Made by a program: the position numbers and the translations under genes
NCBI GenBank assembly: GCA_945919455.1
Contig: CAMEJH010000006.1
Span: 1 to 47,716 of the forward strand
From: an uncultured Clostridium sp.
Lineage (GTDB): Bacteria > Bacillota > Clostridia > TANB77 > CAG-508
Reading direction: 5' to 3'
Length of the DNA: 47,716 bases
The notes under the pieces: generated by a model
What the model was told of the DNA's origin: nothing
The model's input: only the letters and a program-made list of their open reading frames with translations
Database searches by the model: none
Shown: piece after piece, positions 47,294-47,716 of the stretch
How the letters are laid out: the number at the start of each line of letters is the position of its first letter
Numbering within the stretch: the first letter of the stretch is position 1

Positions 47294-47716
47294 TTTCTAC
47301 CTCCATCTTATATCCTACACCTCTAACCGATTTTATTCTAACATTTGATTTTAGTATTTTTAGCTTTCTTCTTAAAAATGATATATATACTTCTACATTA
47401 TTATATTCTGCATCACTATCATATCCCCAAATTTTATTTGCTAATATTTCTCTACTCATAATCTGATTTTTATTCATTAATAATGTTTCTAATAATTCTA
47501 ATTCTTTTCCATTTATAGAAATTTCATTATTATGTGAACACATTTTACCTGTTCTTAAATCTAATTTTAAGTCATTAAATTCTAGTATGTTTGTGTCTTT
47601 TATGTTCGAATTTCTTTTTAAAATGACTTTTATTCTTGCAACTAATTCTTTCATATGAAATGGTTTTGTTATATAATCATCTGCTCCATTTTCTAACCCA
47701 TTTAGTTTATCATATA
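47286..47716 (-). CDS. OmpR-family response regulator (5' end outside the window)
   Basis: Frame open to the window end: ...GLENGADDYITKPFHMKEL...VEVYISFLRRKL...VRGVGY. Confidence 0.92.
   Translation of the reverse strand, partial: YDKLNGLENGADDYITKPFHMKELVARIKVILKRNSNIKDTNILEFNDLKLDLRTGKMCSHNNEISINGKELELLETLLMNKNQIMSREILANKIWGYDSDAEYNNVEVYISFLRRKLKILKSNVRIKSVRGVGYKMEVEND

Overview
Very AT-rich Firmicutes (Clostridia-like) chromosomal window, almost all genes on the minus strand. The many dispersed 'GITLIALVVTIVVLLILA' pilin-like genes suggest an uncultured gut clade such as TANB77 (inference). It carries housekeeping genes (mgtA, dnaE, rdgB, rlmD, cobB, tcdA, copA), 6S RNA, a BceRS-AB-like module, two ECF sigma/anti-sigma pairs, ABC transporters and four pilin-like surface proteins. 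Main observations: (1) four separate +1 reading-frame breaks in three genes all fall on an in-frame CGG followed by A (C-GGA), and I found no in-frame CGG in any intact gene, which suggests CGG is an unassigned codon that triggers a +1 shift or that CGGA is read as a 4-base Gly codon; (2) two BECR-fold (PBECR-like) nuclease genes each lie next to a homologous ~85-nt four-way-junction RNA with its own promoter and terminator, a candidate RNA-antitoxin system; (3) one pilin-like protein has a C-terminal CLec/FGE domain with a DGR-type variable region but no RT/TR in the window; (4) a dispersed ~30-bp REP-like repeat family and two orphan structured RNAs. All analysis was by eye; no searches were run.
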